From Octopus vulgaris (Eukaryota): 64,000 nt of DNA. The position numbers and the translations under genes were made by a program. The first letter of the stretch is position 1. Every line of letters starts with the position of its first letter. Below, one piece after another: positions 1 to 13,139 of this stretch. Below the pieces are notes generated by a model. It was not told where the DNA came from. It did not search any database and saw only the letters and a list, made by a program, of their open reading frames with translations. The stretch is taken from positions 34,596,001 through 34,660,000 of the forward strand of contig OX597818.1 of assembly GCA_951406725.2 (NCBI GenBank), in the 5' to 3' direction.

Positions 1-384
1 CGTGCTGAATTTGCTTGAGAAAGAGGTATATGTTTATGATGGTTAATTGGGGTGGGGGCGCTAGGAATGTGACCTGGGTATCAAGAGGCCGGCGACCCGA
101 AAAGGTTTGGGAACCACAGCTGTAACTGAACGGAGTCCCATTCAAGAGAGCTAGCATAGCAATATTTCATTTCCCCTCCAATTAAGTTAGGAGGCGAAAA
201 TGTAGCTGTCATTTACAAACCTCTGTCTGCTAAACACTAATATCTTGATGTCTTAAGAGTGTAGATATCTGAAAGCAGTGAGACAGAGGGCAAGCGAGCA
301 AATTGGACTCAGCCATGCAAATACATAACTATCCATCTACGCTCCGACTTCCTCTCCCAGCCGAAAGGTTTTGTCTTGCAGATA

Positions 385-615
385 CCAGTGCCATGTAAAT
401 GCACTTGTGCTGGTACCATGTAAAATGCACTCATGCCAGGGCCATGTAGATTCACTCATGCTAGTGGCATGTAAAAAGCACCTAATATACACTGTAAAGT
501 GGTTGGCATTAGAAAGGGCATCCAACTATAGAAACCATGCCAGAACAGACAACTGGAGCCTGAACATCTCTGGTGAAAACATTCAACCCATGCCAGTATG
601 GAAAACGAGCATTAA

Positions 616-620
<5 letters not shown>
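385..620 (+). mobile_element. RTE 3'UTR-derived repeat fragment
   Basis: gtggttggcattagaaagggcatcc...aacccatgccagtatggaaaacg..ttaaatgatg motif seen in >10 copies in the window; attached to an RTE ORF end at 29540-30675. Confidence 0.7.
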
Positions 621-647
<27 letters not shown>

Positions 648-949
648 AGAAAAAACAGTCACATCTCCCTCAAATAACACAAACTGTCTTAAAAGTACTA
701 AGGAAACATTTGACAACATAGTCCAAGATAAATAAAAACCTTTTGGCAACTATATATTTCCCTGTTTTAGGCTATAATGCTGTAACTCAGGGGTTCCCAA
801 AGTGGGTGGTATTGCCCCCGTGGGGGGGGGGGAGTTCTAAGGAGGCATTGAAACGTTTTTTTGAAACAATCTTAATAGCGTTCAGTTAATCACTATACAT
901 ATCCATCATTTTCTGTTAAAATATTTTTATTAATGAGTTTCATTTCTTC

Positions 950-1038
950 ACTTCCCTGAAGAGAAGATTACATTGTTTCACACCATTTTATTCCTTTGGA
1001 ATAATACCAGTGATATCTTCGAAACATGTGTCTGAAGT
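950..1038 (+). ncRNA. type I hammerhead ribozyme motif (Penelope-like repeat)
   Basis: acttcc-CTGAAGA-GAAGAT...ATCTTC-GAAAC-atgt-GTC-tgaagt; intact core, 6-bp stem II, stem I with one mismatch. Confidence 0.75.
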
Positions 1039-1062
1039 AAAAGAATTTGAATAACACCTGTG

Positions 1063-1415
1063 TTTAACTTGCCATTAAGACTATTTTGCAGAGACCTGGA
1101 TAAGTGGAAATCCGAAGGAGCAATATCTGGTGCATTTGGAGGGTGGGGTAACACATCCCAGCCAAACTGCAGCAATTTTTTTCTGGTTCCCAAAGCATCA
1201 AGTTCTGAAAATGAACTTTCTTATCTTCCATTTTAAAGGGTTACAGAATTAACACAGGTTATAGGAACATAAACCTCCTTCCACAAAAAGATAGCTTAAA
1301 CTGTGCTCTAAATGGAGGTGTAGTCCAATCCTATTTTATGGACTCAACCATGTTCTAAAATAAGTCGAAATGTAAGCTACTATAAATCAGCATGAACTTT
1401 CCGCACAACCCAATA
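1063..1415 (-). mobile_element. internally deleted mariner transposon
   Basis: GWDVLPHPPNAPDIAPSDFHL resembles the mariner YSPDLAPSD motif; N-terminal MEDKKVHF lies directly next to it; TIR-like tattgggttgtgcggaaagttc at 1394-1415. Confidence 0.85.
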
Positions 1416-1601
1416 TATTCACCACACTCTCTCTCACAATGTATAAAAGTATATAGACCATGATGAATGTGTGTTTGTTTGTTAGTGTGTGAGTGTGTAT
1501 GTGTGTAAAGAATTTCATTAGGGTGTCTGAGTGATTTTAAAAGGTATGAAAAACATAATTTATTTTTAACAGCATACTTTTCTGTTAATAATAATGATTT
1601 T

Positions 1602-1732
<131 letters not shown>

Positions 1733-2148
1733 TGCACACTAGCTGAGTATCTTGTCATTGTCAGGTAATTTTCATAATAGAATATCTTGGCAGACTTTTG
1801 GAATAGCACACTCTAAGCTGAATTTTCTCCATTTGATATTTTTTCAATTTTTTCTTTTCACCATACCTTTGCAAATGATGGTGGTGCCAGGGAGAGGTGG
1901 GTGGCTGAGAGCTTTTTTTTAAAAAAAAGTTTTGAAAATTTATGAATCTCTTTCCCCACTTCTGGATCGATTTTGTCCATTTTTTTTTTTTTGCATTATG
2001 TACTTAAAAACAATGGAAGATACCTTTTTGATAAAAAAGAAAATGATAAATTTACGAATTTTTTCAAACACCCCTCTTCTACTCTGTCAATTTTGGGCAA
2101 TTTTTTGCACTATACACTTAAAAACGATGTGAGAAGGTAGTGTGCATG

Positions 2149-2149
<1 letters not shown>

Positions 2150-2188
<39 letters not shown>

Positions 2189-2235
2189 CGTGCGTGTGTG
2201 TGTGCGTGTGTGTGTATATATTTATATATACACAT

Positions 2236-2287
<52 letters not shown>

Positions 2288-2353
2288 GTAGGTAGGTAGG
2301 AAGGCAGACAGGCAGGCAGACAGGCAGGCAGACTTGTTCCTATAGTAGAAAGA

Positions 2354-2425
<72 letters not shown>
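2150..2425. repeat. compound (TG)n/(TAGA)n/(ATT)n microsatellites
   Basis: direct. Confidence 0.95.
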
Positions 2426-2944
2426 TTAATTTATTTGTTGGCCAAAGTTCTTTTAGCACACATTCTGTGACCTCTTCAATGACTTTCTGTCCCATGTGTC
2501 TTCTCTTGTCCTGCCTTTATGATTTTGTCCCTTTTTTCCTTTCTGTTATTCCTTCCTCCTCCATCTCCAATATAGCAAACTAAGTGTTGGATAGAATCTT
2601 TTGCTGTTGTGCTTGATCTGATTCTCTGACTTCAAAGCTTGATAAGGCTAATTTTACCTTACATTCTTTCAGAGTTGTTAGAAAGTACTAGTCCAGAGCA
2701 GTGTTTTAGCAGAACTATTAGAGAATTCTGTAAGAAGCATTGCATTATCTGTTCCATTTCTTTGTTGTCTGACAGCAACACCTGTGATGACACTGACACC
2801 AAGCTACATCACTGTGGTGTAGCTAGTGTGTATGTGCTGCTCAGGGCAACTCTTCAGTTTGCCAACATTCAACCTGGCAGGTCCACATAAAAGCCTCCCC
2901 CAGGGTAGACTACTCTCTCACAATCCATGTCACCAGCCTTTACC

Positions 2945-3215
2945 TTGGTATATATGATATATCACCTTGATCACCTTGACCGACCAGTCTGTCAGGCATC
3001 CATTGACACCACTGGTCACAGCATGCTGTCCACTCTTCTCTGGATCGCACCTTCCTCATCCATGTGGTCCCAATTTCCCTCCTAAAATTGTAACTCCACC
3101 GTCATGGAGGCCTTCCAAGTAGTCGTTTCCACTCATGCAGGTACCACTCGACAACTGCGTGGGTCCACTGATTATCGGTGAGCCAGGCGATGTGTCCAGC
3201 CCATCTAAACTTGCT
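2945..3215 (-). mobile_element. RTE-clade LINE 3' fragment
   Basis: KFRWAGHIAWLTDNQW...KRLLGRPP, typical RTE C-terminal WAGH..GRP motif. Confidence 0.8.
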
Positions 3216-3660
3216 GATGGACCATATATTTACTCTAACACAACTGCTTGAGCGAGTGAATATATATGATACACACACACACACACACACATATATATGA
3301 TATTCACCGTGTGAACTACGATGAAAAAAAACATGAGAAAGATATGATATATAATTTTTTTTTGTGTAGGGGTTCCTTGAGAATTGTAATTTATTTTAAG
3401 GTTTACACAAGGGTAAAAAGGTTGAGAAACACTGCCTTGGATAAACATTGATGGCACAATATGGAAAGACTTGTAAGCATAGACAACTGTCAGTCTTTCC
3501 TAAAAACATTTTCACCTTGGCCATTGGATACATGTGCAGATGTATGGTCATCCTTGACCAACAGACGCCTTCCATCTCCTCTTATCCATTCCTTATTACC
3601 TCCTTTTATGTATACTTTATTATACTTTATTTTTTTCTTATAGTCTCTACGACTAAATGT

Positions 3661-4046
3661 GTGGAGGCGCAATGGCCCAGTGGTTAGGGCAGCGGACTCG
3701 CGGTCATAGGATCGCGGTTTCGATTCCCAGACCGGGCGTTGTGAGTGTTTATTGAGCGAAAACACCTAAAGCTCCACGATGCTCTGGCAGGGATGGTGGT
3801 GATCCCTGCTGTACTCTTTCACCACAATTTTCTCTCACTCTTACTTCCTGTTTCTGTTGTACCTGTATTTCAAGGAGCCAGCCTTGTCACTCTCTGTGTC
3901 ACGCTGAATATCCCCGAGAACTGCGTTAAGGGTACACGTGTCTGTGGAGTGCTCAGCCACTTACACGTTAATTTCACGAGCCGGCTGTTCCGTTGATCGG
4001 ATCAACCGGAACGCTCGTCGTCGTAACCGACGGAGTGCTTCCATCC
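3661..4046 (+). mobile_element. tRNA-derived SINE, full length (head A, tail X)
   Basis: A box tggcccagtgg, B box gtttcgattcc; flanking actaaatgt direct repeat; related copies at 10104, 18731, 36951. Confidence 0.9.
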
Positions 4047-4332
4047 ACTACTAAATGTAGAAGCTAACCACATTTTTACGCATGTAATTAAATGTCGCCC
4101 TTATGATCATCATCGTCATGATCTCAGTCATCACCATCATTGATGTAATTGTTATTACCGTAAATACTCAGCATCTTATTCATTGTCATCTTGTCATCGT
4201 CGTCATCAACTCTAAAAGCACAATGTCCATTAAACACTTGATTCACTGATACAACTTCACTTCTTGGCTGCAAATAAAATAATTTGAACATTTTAATTTA
4301 TATATAAGATATTTGGTGGGGGCAGGAGGGTC

Positions 4333-4507
4333 TGTGTGAGTGTGTGTGTGTGTGTGTGTATCTCTGTGTGTGTGTATCTGTGTGTGTGTGTGTATCTGTA
4401 TGTGTGTGTCTGTGTATGTGTGTCTGTGTGTGTGTGTTTGTGTCTATGTCTCTGTGTGTGTGTGTCTGTGTGTGTTGAGAGAGAGGGAGATAGATAGATA
4501 GGTTGAC

Positions 4508-4552
<45 letters not shown>

Positions 4553-4745
4553 TGTGTGTATTACATATATATATAGAGAGATAATACACACACATATCTA
4601 TATATACACATGTATACAATATATATCTGTGTTTATATATGTACATATGCATGTAGGTATGTATATATATATATATAGATAGATAGATAGATAGATGTGT
4701 GTGCATATTTGTATGCATGAATGTATGTGTGCATATGTGTATGTA
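4333..4745. repeat. compound TG/GATA/TA microsatellite
   Basis: direct. Confidence 0.9.
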
Positions 4746-5224
4746 CAAAGGATGTATGCTCTACCATGATCTATGCATTAGATTTGGCCTTCTACTAAAG
4801 GTCATTTGAGTTCCTCATTGGATTTTAGTTTAAAATATGCAAATATATGTGTGTCAATAAGATTATGACGGTGATAGTTTGTTTGGGTTATATGTCATTT
4901 TGAGTAAATGCGTGCCTTTGTGTGGGTGTACATGTGTGAGAGAGGGAGATGTTGGGAGAAAATGTGAAAATGTGATGTGAATAATAATAGTTTAAAATAT
5001 ATATATACATGCAGAACTTACTTTGGATTAAGATAGCACATACTTCCTTTGTATTTTGTATCTAAGGTTGATTCTTTCTGTTTCTTATTTTAATGTGTAG
5101 CTTTATGTCATTGAGGCAAATGATTCATAATATATACAAGCATTCATTGAGCACATTTGATGAAAAAGAAATTGCTTAGACTATGCAGTACCCAGTGGAA
5201 ATGGTCTATGTTTTCATCCCAAGT

Positions 5225-5366
5225 ATGTAAGAAGCTTGCTTCCCAACCACATGGTTCTGGGTTCAGTCTCACTGGGTGGCACCTTGGACAAGTGTCTTCT
5301 ACTATAGCCTTGGGCTGACCAAAGCCTTGTGAGTGGATTTGGTAGACAGAAACTGAAAGAAGCCTG
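5225..5366 (+). mobile_element. CORE-like tRNA SINE 5' part
   Basis: ggttctgggttcagtc..ggcaccttggacaagtgtcttc; diverged second copy at 5880-6045. Confidence 0.75.
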
Positions 5367-5696
5367 TCATATATATATATATATGTATATCACCATGACC
5401 ACCGTGACCGACCAGGCCAACAGAAGAAAGAGTGAGAGAAAGTTGTGGCGAAAGAGTACAGCAGGGATTTGATAAACTAGTCTATAAATTAAAACTGACC
5501 CCATAAAAAAAATTTTTTTTTGAATAAATAAACAAAAATCAGTCACAGGCAGTGTATCCTTGAAAATTTTAGTTATGACCATACTGTTGTAGAGACAACA
5601 TGTTCTTTGTGTATCTCCTTAAACTTCTTGGAGATTTTAGGTATAATTATACTAATGTGTCCATCTGTTCTAATTTAATTAAATTCTATGTCTTTG

Positions 5697-5783
5697 TGCA
5701 GCTGAAGATTGCTCTACATTTTAAAGTGATGTAATGATTACATTGTTCAAGTAAATGGAGTTGCATGAAACAATTGTACTGCA
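5697..5783 (+). ncRNA. type I hammerhead ribozyme motif
   Basis: tgcag-CTGAAGA-ttgc...gcat-GAAAC-aatt-GTA-ctgca; perfect 5-bp stem I, palindromic ACAATTGT stem III. Confidence 0.75.
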
Positions 5784-5814
5784 TTACCTCTGGATATCCT
5801 TGTTGCTTATTTTG

Positions 5815-5876
<62 letters not shown>

Positions 5877-6619
5877 TATAGGCACAGGCACAACTATAAG
5901 TTTGAGAAACTAGCTTCCCAACTTCATGGTTTCAGGGTCAGTCCCACTGCATGATACCTTGGGTAGGTATTATCCACTACTGCCTGGGGTTGAGCAAAGC
6001 TTTATGAGCAAATTTGATAGATGGAAACTGAGAGGAGTCTGTCCTCGCTTTAAAAAGATCTCTATTAATATCTCTGTTATGTGACACCTATCATAGTTGA
6101 CTATGGTCTGAAAAACAGGGGCAAAGCACTCAATGAAAACTTCTACAATGGAATGACTGCATGTGCCTGTGTGAGTGGTAAGCTCTGAACATCTGCTGTA
6201 AGAGGTTTCCACTATTGCCACAATTATGCAAATGAGCATAAATCTGTAAAAGGACTGAAAAACTACATCCAGGATACTCGTGTTTAAGAGAACAATCAAG
6301 CAAAGGCATGGTTTATGTAGTGTGAACGGTGAAAAGAGTACAACAGAAAAAGGGAGAATGGAAATGTAATTGGGTCTTACCTCGTCAGAGATGAACTTGG
6401 ATCGCTTTTAGCCAACTCGCTCGTCTGGTCCCTTCGTCGTGTCTGCCGCAACTGGTCAATGCCATACGTGCGTTCTGCCTGTCACTTCCGCTTCCTCTGG
6501 CGCATGCGCCCTGCAAGCCCTGCAAGCCCCACTTCTGCTCTCCCCCATCTGTCACACTCTTTCACCACACACCACAGTTTAAAATCAAGCTGCAGCCAGC
6601 ACATGCACAGGAACAATAA

Positions 6620-7820
6620 ACACTAAGAACACACAGAAAATAGACTTCTCTAAATATCCAGGAGTTTCTTTAGAAGTAGTAGATAATTTTTGTTACCTAG
6701 GTGACCTATTTAACAGTGGAAGAAGATGCTCTGAAATGCTAGTTGCTAGGGTAAGAACTGGCTGGAGAAAGTTCTAAGAGCAATTACTGTATTTTAATGT
6801 GTATAAGGAGCACCCTAATCTTTGGTACCTAAAATTTGGAAAAAGGTTTTGTAAGGGATTATAGTACTATTCATGTATAAGAAACTCCCATATTTTTAAA
6901 CTTAATTTTCAACAAAAAGGGGTTCCTTATACATGTTAAAATGTGATACCTCAGTTAGTAACAAAAGGCCTCTCTCTCTCACAGAATGAAAGGTAGAATT
7001 TATGATGCTTGTATATAAGCAGCAATGCAACATGATAGTGAAATATGGGCCATGAATGCAGAGGATATGCAAAGGCTAGCAAGAAATGAAACTAGCATGT
7101 TCTGTCAGTGTCCATGCATGACAAAGGGCAAATGTGTTGAGAGAAAAATTAGACATCAGAGGGGTCAGATGTGGCATGCAAAAGAAGTAGACTAATAAAG
7201 GAATTAAACTTTATATGTGACTGAAGCACTGGAGCTATATGTACTATGAGCATGATGGAACTAGGAGGAATTACAACTGTGTTTCGTGGTCTGCTACCAC
7301 AACAGCTCCTTTATAGGATCCAGTTAGCTCAAGACATCATCAGGAGGAACCACGTCCGGTTTCAGCCCCTACTCCTCTACCGTTTTGACGTGGCGGGGCC
7401 ACCCTCTTTCGGAGGTGTCTTTAGCTTGGGTGTTGGGTGCATGTCTTCTTTCTTCTTTCTTCTGTTCCCTGGCCTGTTCTGTTCCCACGATCCTGTACTA
7501 TGAGCATGATGGAACTAGGTTTGCTTAAATGCCCAGATGGTTCTCTAGAAGTAGCCAATAGCATTTATAACTCAGGATATATAATTAGCAGGTGAAGTGG
7601 TTGTTTTGAAAGTATAGCAGCTAGGGTAAGAACAGGTTGGAAAAAGTTCAGAGAACTATTACACCTGATGGCAACGAGGTTTTTTCTCCTCAGAGCAAAA
7701 AGCAAATTGTATGACATTTGTGCTAGAACTGATTGTGATGCTGTGTGGTATTAAGACATGGGTGTTAATTGCAGATGACATGCAAAGACTTCAAAGAAAT
7801 GAAGCTAGCATGCTCCAGTG
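6620..7820 (+). mobile_element. decayed RTE LINE RT/thumb fragments (two overlapping pieces, interrupted)
   Basis: SLEVVDNFCYLGDL and RVRTGWRKF/RVRTGWKKF motifs, LQRNEASML. Confidence 0.75.
7266..7493 (-). mobile_element. 228-bp insert with 26-bp TSD; hammerhead-like cores
   Basis: tgtactatgagcatgatggaactagg at 7240-7265 and 7494-7519; insert homologous to 19762-19975. Confidence 0.75.
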
Positions 7821-8629
7821 GATCTCTCTCTCTCTCTCTCATTCTCTCTCCTTCTACCCCCTCTCTCTCTTCCTCTCTTCCTCCCTCCCTTTCCTCCTAT
7901 CTCTCTCTCTCTTCCTCCCTATCTCTCTCCTCCTCTCTCTCTGTTTTATGTATATAAATGAAAGTTGAAATAAGATTTCTCAAAGTAACAAATTTCATAT
8001 GTATAGAAATTATAAAAAACTCTATTAAAAATTCAAAATACATTATTGAATTCTCATATTTAAATCTAATTAGTTAATTAAGATAGAAGTTTCATAATGC
8101 ATATCAAAACACATGTAGCCAGTCATAATTGTCTTATAGAAACATACTGACAAAGCTAAAAATATGCTATTTATCAGCTGAGACTAAGCACAGACTAATA
8201 GTAGCATATTCCTGATATAGTTCAACATATATATATATATATATATACATATATATATACATATATATATACAATGTAATAAATGAGAACTTGAAAGTAA
8301 TAGTAAGAACTTGATCTCTCTTACTCACTCCAGACTAGTATATTAAAAACACTCACAGAATTAGATACTGTAAATCTTCCAGTATAGTCTGCCCTTGAGT
8401 ATAATACGCAGGAGATTTTTAGGGATATTCATCTAGGTCATGCATGGGCAACTTTTTACAAGAAGTGGGCTGCATGAGACATGACTCATTATCAGGTAGG
8501 CCACACCACTTAAAGTATTTAAGGTAATCTTTTGCTAGGCATGCTCTTCAGAATGTTTTGCAAGCCCCAAGTTACCCATGATTGGTCTAGGTTATCAAAA
8601 TGAATTTGGAGTCAGAAAAGTATTGGAAT

Positions 8630-8822
8630 GGGTGCTGGTGCCATGTAAAAAGCAATCAGTACACTATGTAAAGCAGTTGGCATTAGAAAGGGCGTTCAGC
8701 CATAGAAACCAAGCCCAAAGCACACTATGGAACCTGGTACAGCTCCTGACTTTGCCAATTCCTGTCAAGCCATCCAACCCATGCCAGCATGAAAAATGGA
8801 CAGTAATGGCTGCTGCTGCTAC

Positions 8823-8867
<45 letters not shown>

Positions 8868-8996
8868 CGATGATGACAACGATGACGATGATGACTGTGA
8901 TGGTGATGACAACAATGACAACAATGGTGATGATGGCAGTGATGGCGACGGTGGTGGCAGTGGCAGTGGCAGTGGTGGTGATGATGATGATGATGA
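8630..8996 (+). mobile_element. RTE 3'UTR fragment with expanded (GAT)n tail
   Basis: same 3' motif followed by GAT/GAC/GGT repeats. Confidence 0.7.
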
Positions 8997-9119
8997 ATGT
9001 ACCAAAGCTACTCTGAAAAGACACAAATTAATTAAAAACTGATAACATTAAATTAGATCCAGTCATTGAAATCAAAGAATTAGAACAGAACCACCCTCAC
9101 AAATCCACCCACAAGGGTG

Positions 9120-9300
9120 GATTCTTGTGATGAGGTGGCTTGTGTGCTTCAATGACCCTGAAAGCTATGTCAATGCAAGCTCCTGGTGAGGTCTTCCTTG
9201 GTGGACAGGTCAAAGGATACAAGTCAGACTATTAGGGACCACTTCTTCCCTGAACTGAAATCGGTTTTGTGTAAGGTTAACATTCCTACTTAGAAAGAAG
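9120..9300 (+). mobile_element. RTE 5'UTR-like fragment
   Basis: gaggtggcttgtgtgcttcaatgaccctgaaagctatg...ggacaggtcaaagg..tcagact resembles the conserved RTE 5' region. Confidence 0.55.
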
Positions 9301-9389
9301 TATTCATGCTAAGAGTTGCTGAAGTATGGAAAAAAACTGCCAGCATCAGTTGTTAGTTGTTGGAGCACTGCATCCTTCAAAACTTCCAT

Positions 9390-9572
9390 GCTTCCTGAGA
9401 TTCGCCAACACTACACCTGATTTTGTCCCCTCCATACACACGCAAGTATGTATCTGACTCATACACTGTTCACTTTCCAGACATTTGTACATTACTGCAT
9501 ATGCTTTGTGTGCACTTTTGACAAGTTGTGGTTCACCTGAGCACTATATACAGTAATTTCATTATTATTATT
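9390..9572 (+). mobile_element. LINE 3' end with (ATT)n tail
   Basis: ends in ttcattattattatt; family not determined. Confidence 0.4.
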
Positions 9573-10103
9573 TAATTATCACTGACAATTCAAAACCAGC
9601 AAGACCTGGGAAAGGAAGGCTTTCCCTCAGGGGAACTTTTGTGAGATACTGAGGTGCAGATGAAAAAGCAGGGATCCAACTGAAGAGAAGCAGAAAAGAC
9701 AGCCTAGGGTTGAGAACAACAGAGAAAAGTTGTCAATGGCCTAAGTGCAATAGTAAGGGAAGGACATAAGTTAGTCAAGTATTCTTACAAATACATAGTA
9801 GGGGAAATGGATAAATTACATTACATAGAAATGAAGGAGAACATTAAAAAAGAAAAACATAGAATAGTTTGATTAACATTGATTTCTAACTCTGCAACAA
9901 TGCCACAAATTTTTAAGAAGGGATATAATTGATTAAATCTACCCCAGTCTTATACTTTATTTTATCACATTGGAAGAAGAGGAGTCAAAGATGTCCTCAG
10001 TGAGATTTCAACTAAATACTACAAGGCATTTTGTCCAATATTCTGACAATTCTATGTTCTTCAGCCAGATTAGTATTAAGAACTGAACTGTAAGAAATAA
10101 TAT

Positions 10104-10420
10104 TTTTATTTATTTATGCGCCCTTTTCAAGCCTAGCCAGGCTCATGGGCTTGGTTTCCCGGTTTCTGTGGCATATGTGTTTCCTCCAGCTGGATGGGAT
10201 GCCAGTCCATCACAGCATTACTCAAGAAACAGGAAGAAAGAGTGAGAGAAAGTTGGGGCAAAAGAGTACAACAGAGGTTGCCACCACTCCTGTTGGAGCC
10301 TCGTGGAGCTTTTAGGTGTTTTCGCTCAATAAACGCACACAATGCCCGGCCTGGGAATCGAAACCGTTATCCTCTGAGCGCTAGTCTGCTGCCCTAACCC
10401 CTGGGCCATTGCATCTCCAC
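10104..10420 (-). mobile_element. tRNA SINE (head A, tail Y), 13-bp TSD
   Basis: taagaaataatat on both sides; reverse-complement A/B boxes. Confidence 0.9.
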
Positions 10421-10539
10421 TAAGAAATAATATAGCAGCTTTAAATATATAACCTAGATCAATCATCCACTACAACTTTAAAGTGCAAACTAATTGAGTT
10501 TAAGAGTTAAGACAGAAATCTTGAAAACTATTTCACTAT

Positions 10540-11530
10540 ATTCAGAAACCACCCTACTAGAAGCTTATAGACACCGACTATACCAATTCTGTAAACAAGG
10601 AGGAAGGGGCTTGATACAGATGCAGTGATAGTAAGACAGTAAGCCTGAAAATTCCTTAAAAGTCAGTGGATAAAAACGGATTAGTGTAATATAGGAACAT
10701 GATGGAATCAAAGCAAAACATGAATACTTTTCTCTATACACATCGAAACAATAAAGTACAAAAATAGAAACTAATTATGCTGATGAGAAAGATCTAGATA
10801 AGGACAAAACAACAGAAAAGGTTTTAAAAACATAGACGGAAGCAAAATGGACTGCCAAAGACAAAATAAGAATAGATAGAAAAATATCCCATAGTGAATA
10901 TCCTGCAAAACTCAACATTGAGGAAGCATGCCAGCATGAAAGCCAATAATAGCTTAAAAGCTCTGAATTAAAGCAGAAATAGGTCCGATTTTAGTTACAC
11001 AGGATCAATGCCTAGCCATGAAACAAAAGAAAAAAAGACTATGAGAATGAAATAGTGAAGCAAGAGGCTAACCTCAGTTGCAGATTATACAATCAGCACA
11101 AAGAAATAGTAGACCACACCGTTTCTGACAGCACAGTTTTTGCAAATACAGAATATATCCACAATCATGACTAAATTGGTAGCAACATCCATTGGGAAGT
11201 AGGCCAACACTTCAACATGAAAACAGAGAAATATAAGCATATATGAAATGTGGTACATTACAAGAACCTGGCCACAATAATCCGGTGTGAGCTTATTGAG
11301 ACTGACAGTGTAATCAAAAATGATCTATTCAGATATAATTATGAAAGACAGAGAATAAAAATTTGTGTATTCTGTTAGCTGATCACTTCTTGATCAAAAC
11401 ATTGTCTGAAAAGAAGCCAAGAGAACTATCAAAGTACAAAGATCTTGATATGGGATTATGTAGGAGGTGAAGTAGGAAAATTAAAACAAAATTGTGTCGA
11501 TGTTAATCAGAGCACTAGGTATAAAGAAGG
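10540..11530 (+). mobile_element. decayed R4/Dong-like non-LTR element (zinc knuckle plus REL endonuclease)
   Basis: KQGGRGLI; CRLYNQHKEIVDH..EYIHNHD*IG.NIHW; KYKDL. Confidence 0.75.
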
Positions 11531-11664
11531 ACATGATCAAAAACATTAAAAAAAAAACCATATCGGGGTTTACTCTATTATAGTAGATGGAAACAAAAAA
11601 AGCCTGTTGTGTGTGTGTGTGTGTGTGTGTGTGCATGTGTGTGTGTGTGCATGTGTGTGTGTGC

Positions 11665-12032
11665 TTACTCTTTTACTTGTTTCAGTCTACCTTTAGTCAA
11701 GCAAATCGACCTCAGGACTTATTCTTTGTAAGCCTAGTACTTATTCTATCGGTCTCTTTTGCCAAACCGCTAAGTGATGGGGACGTAAACACACCAGCAT
11801 TGGTTGTCAAGCGATGTTGGGGCGACAAACACAAGCATATACACACACATACATATATACATATATACATATATACAACAGGCTTTTTTCAGCTTCCGTC
11901 TACCAAATCCACTCACAAGGCTTTGGTCGGCCCAAGGCTATAGTAGAAGACACTTGCCCAAGGTGCCACACAGTGGGACTGAACCTGGAACTATGTGGTT
12001 TGTAAGCAAGCTACTTACCACACATCCACTCC
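11665..12032 (-). mobile_element. CORE-like tRNA SINE with internal microsatellite
   Basis: gaagacacttgcccaaggtgcc..gggactgaacc; same family at 12305-12730, 21005-21520, 39105-39770, 61140-61540. Confidence 0.85.
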
Positions 12033-12304
12033 TGCACATTTTGACATCACATGAGAATTGTAAACAAGTGTCCCTGTCATATAAGCAGTGTCATTCATTT
12101 CCAATCTTCTATGAAAACATGTCTGATCACAGGGAAGTACCATCTTACTTGGAAATAAATGAGGTGTTGGTTATAGGAAGGGATTCATGTGGCTCAATGA
12201 ATTCCATCTGTCACATGCAAGCATGGAAAAGTGGATATTAAAATGTTGACGGTGGTGATAATGATGCTTCTTCTACTGCTGCTGCTGCTGATGATGATGA
12301 TACT

Positions 12305-12541
12305 CTTTTACACTTTTACTCTTTTACTTGTTTCAGTCATTTGACTGCAACCATGCTGGAGCACTGCCTTTATAGTCGAGCAAATCGACCCCAGAGCTTA
12401 TTCTTTGTAAGCCTTGTACTTATTCTATCGGTCTCTTTTGCTGAACTGCTAAGTTATGGGGATGTAAGCACATCAGCATCGATTTTCAAGTGATGCTGGG
12501 GGGACAAACAGACACACAAACATATACACGCATACATATAC

Positions 12542-12572
<31 letters not shown>

Positions 12573-12730
12573 CGACGGGCTTCTTCCAGTTTCCGTCTAT
12601 CAAATCCACTCACAAGGCTTTGGTCAGCCCAAGTCTACAATAGAAGACACTTGCCCAAGATGCCATGCAGTGGGACTGAATCCGGGACCATGCGGTTGGT
12701 AAGCAAGCTACTTACCACACAGTCACTCCT
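12305..12730 (-). mobile_element. CORE-like tRNA SINE, full length
   Basis: same family; (ttttactc) tail. Confidence 0.85.
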
Positions 12731-13139
12731 GATGATAATGATGATGATGATGATAAAATGATTTTTACACCTTAATGAACCAATTGTTTAATTTAATCAC
12801 TTATTCAATTTTTTTTTTATCCATTCAATGATTTATTCAATCATTTAGTCAAAAAGTCATTCATTTTTAAATTGTATCCTTTCATATGTTTCATCCAGCT
12901 TACCTACTTCTAATTCATTTATTCAGTCACTCTTTTATCTTTATTCATAATTCATATATCCAGTCACCAAAACTTCAGTGTATAGTCAAGTGTACAACAT
13001 TGCTTTTATAAATTGTTCAAAAATAAAAATCTAAACGGATTTCTAATTATAATCACTGTTCATAATGTAGACATTGTCTTCATTAAAAATGTCTTTGTAT
13101 TTAATAAAATCATCATTATAATTTTTATCATAACCTTCC

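Noticed and set aside
3663-3738. tRNA gene
   Set aside because: tRNA-like head continues into a SINE body with multiple copies and TSDs.
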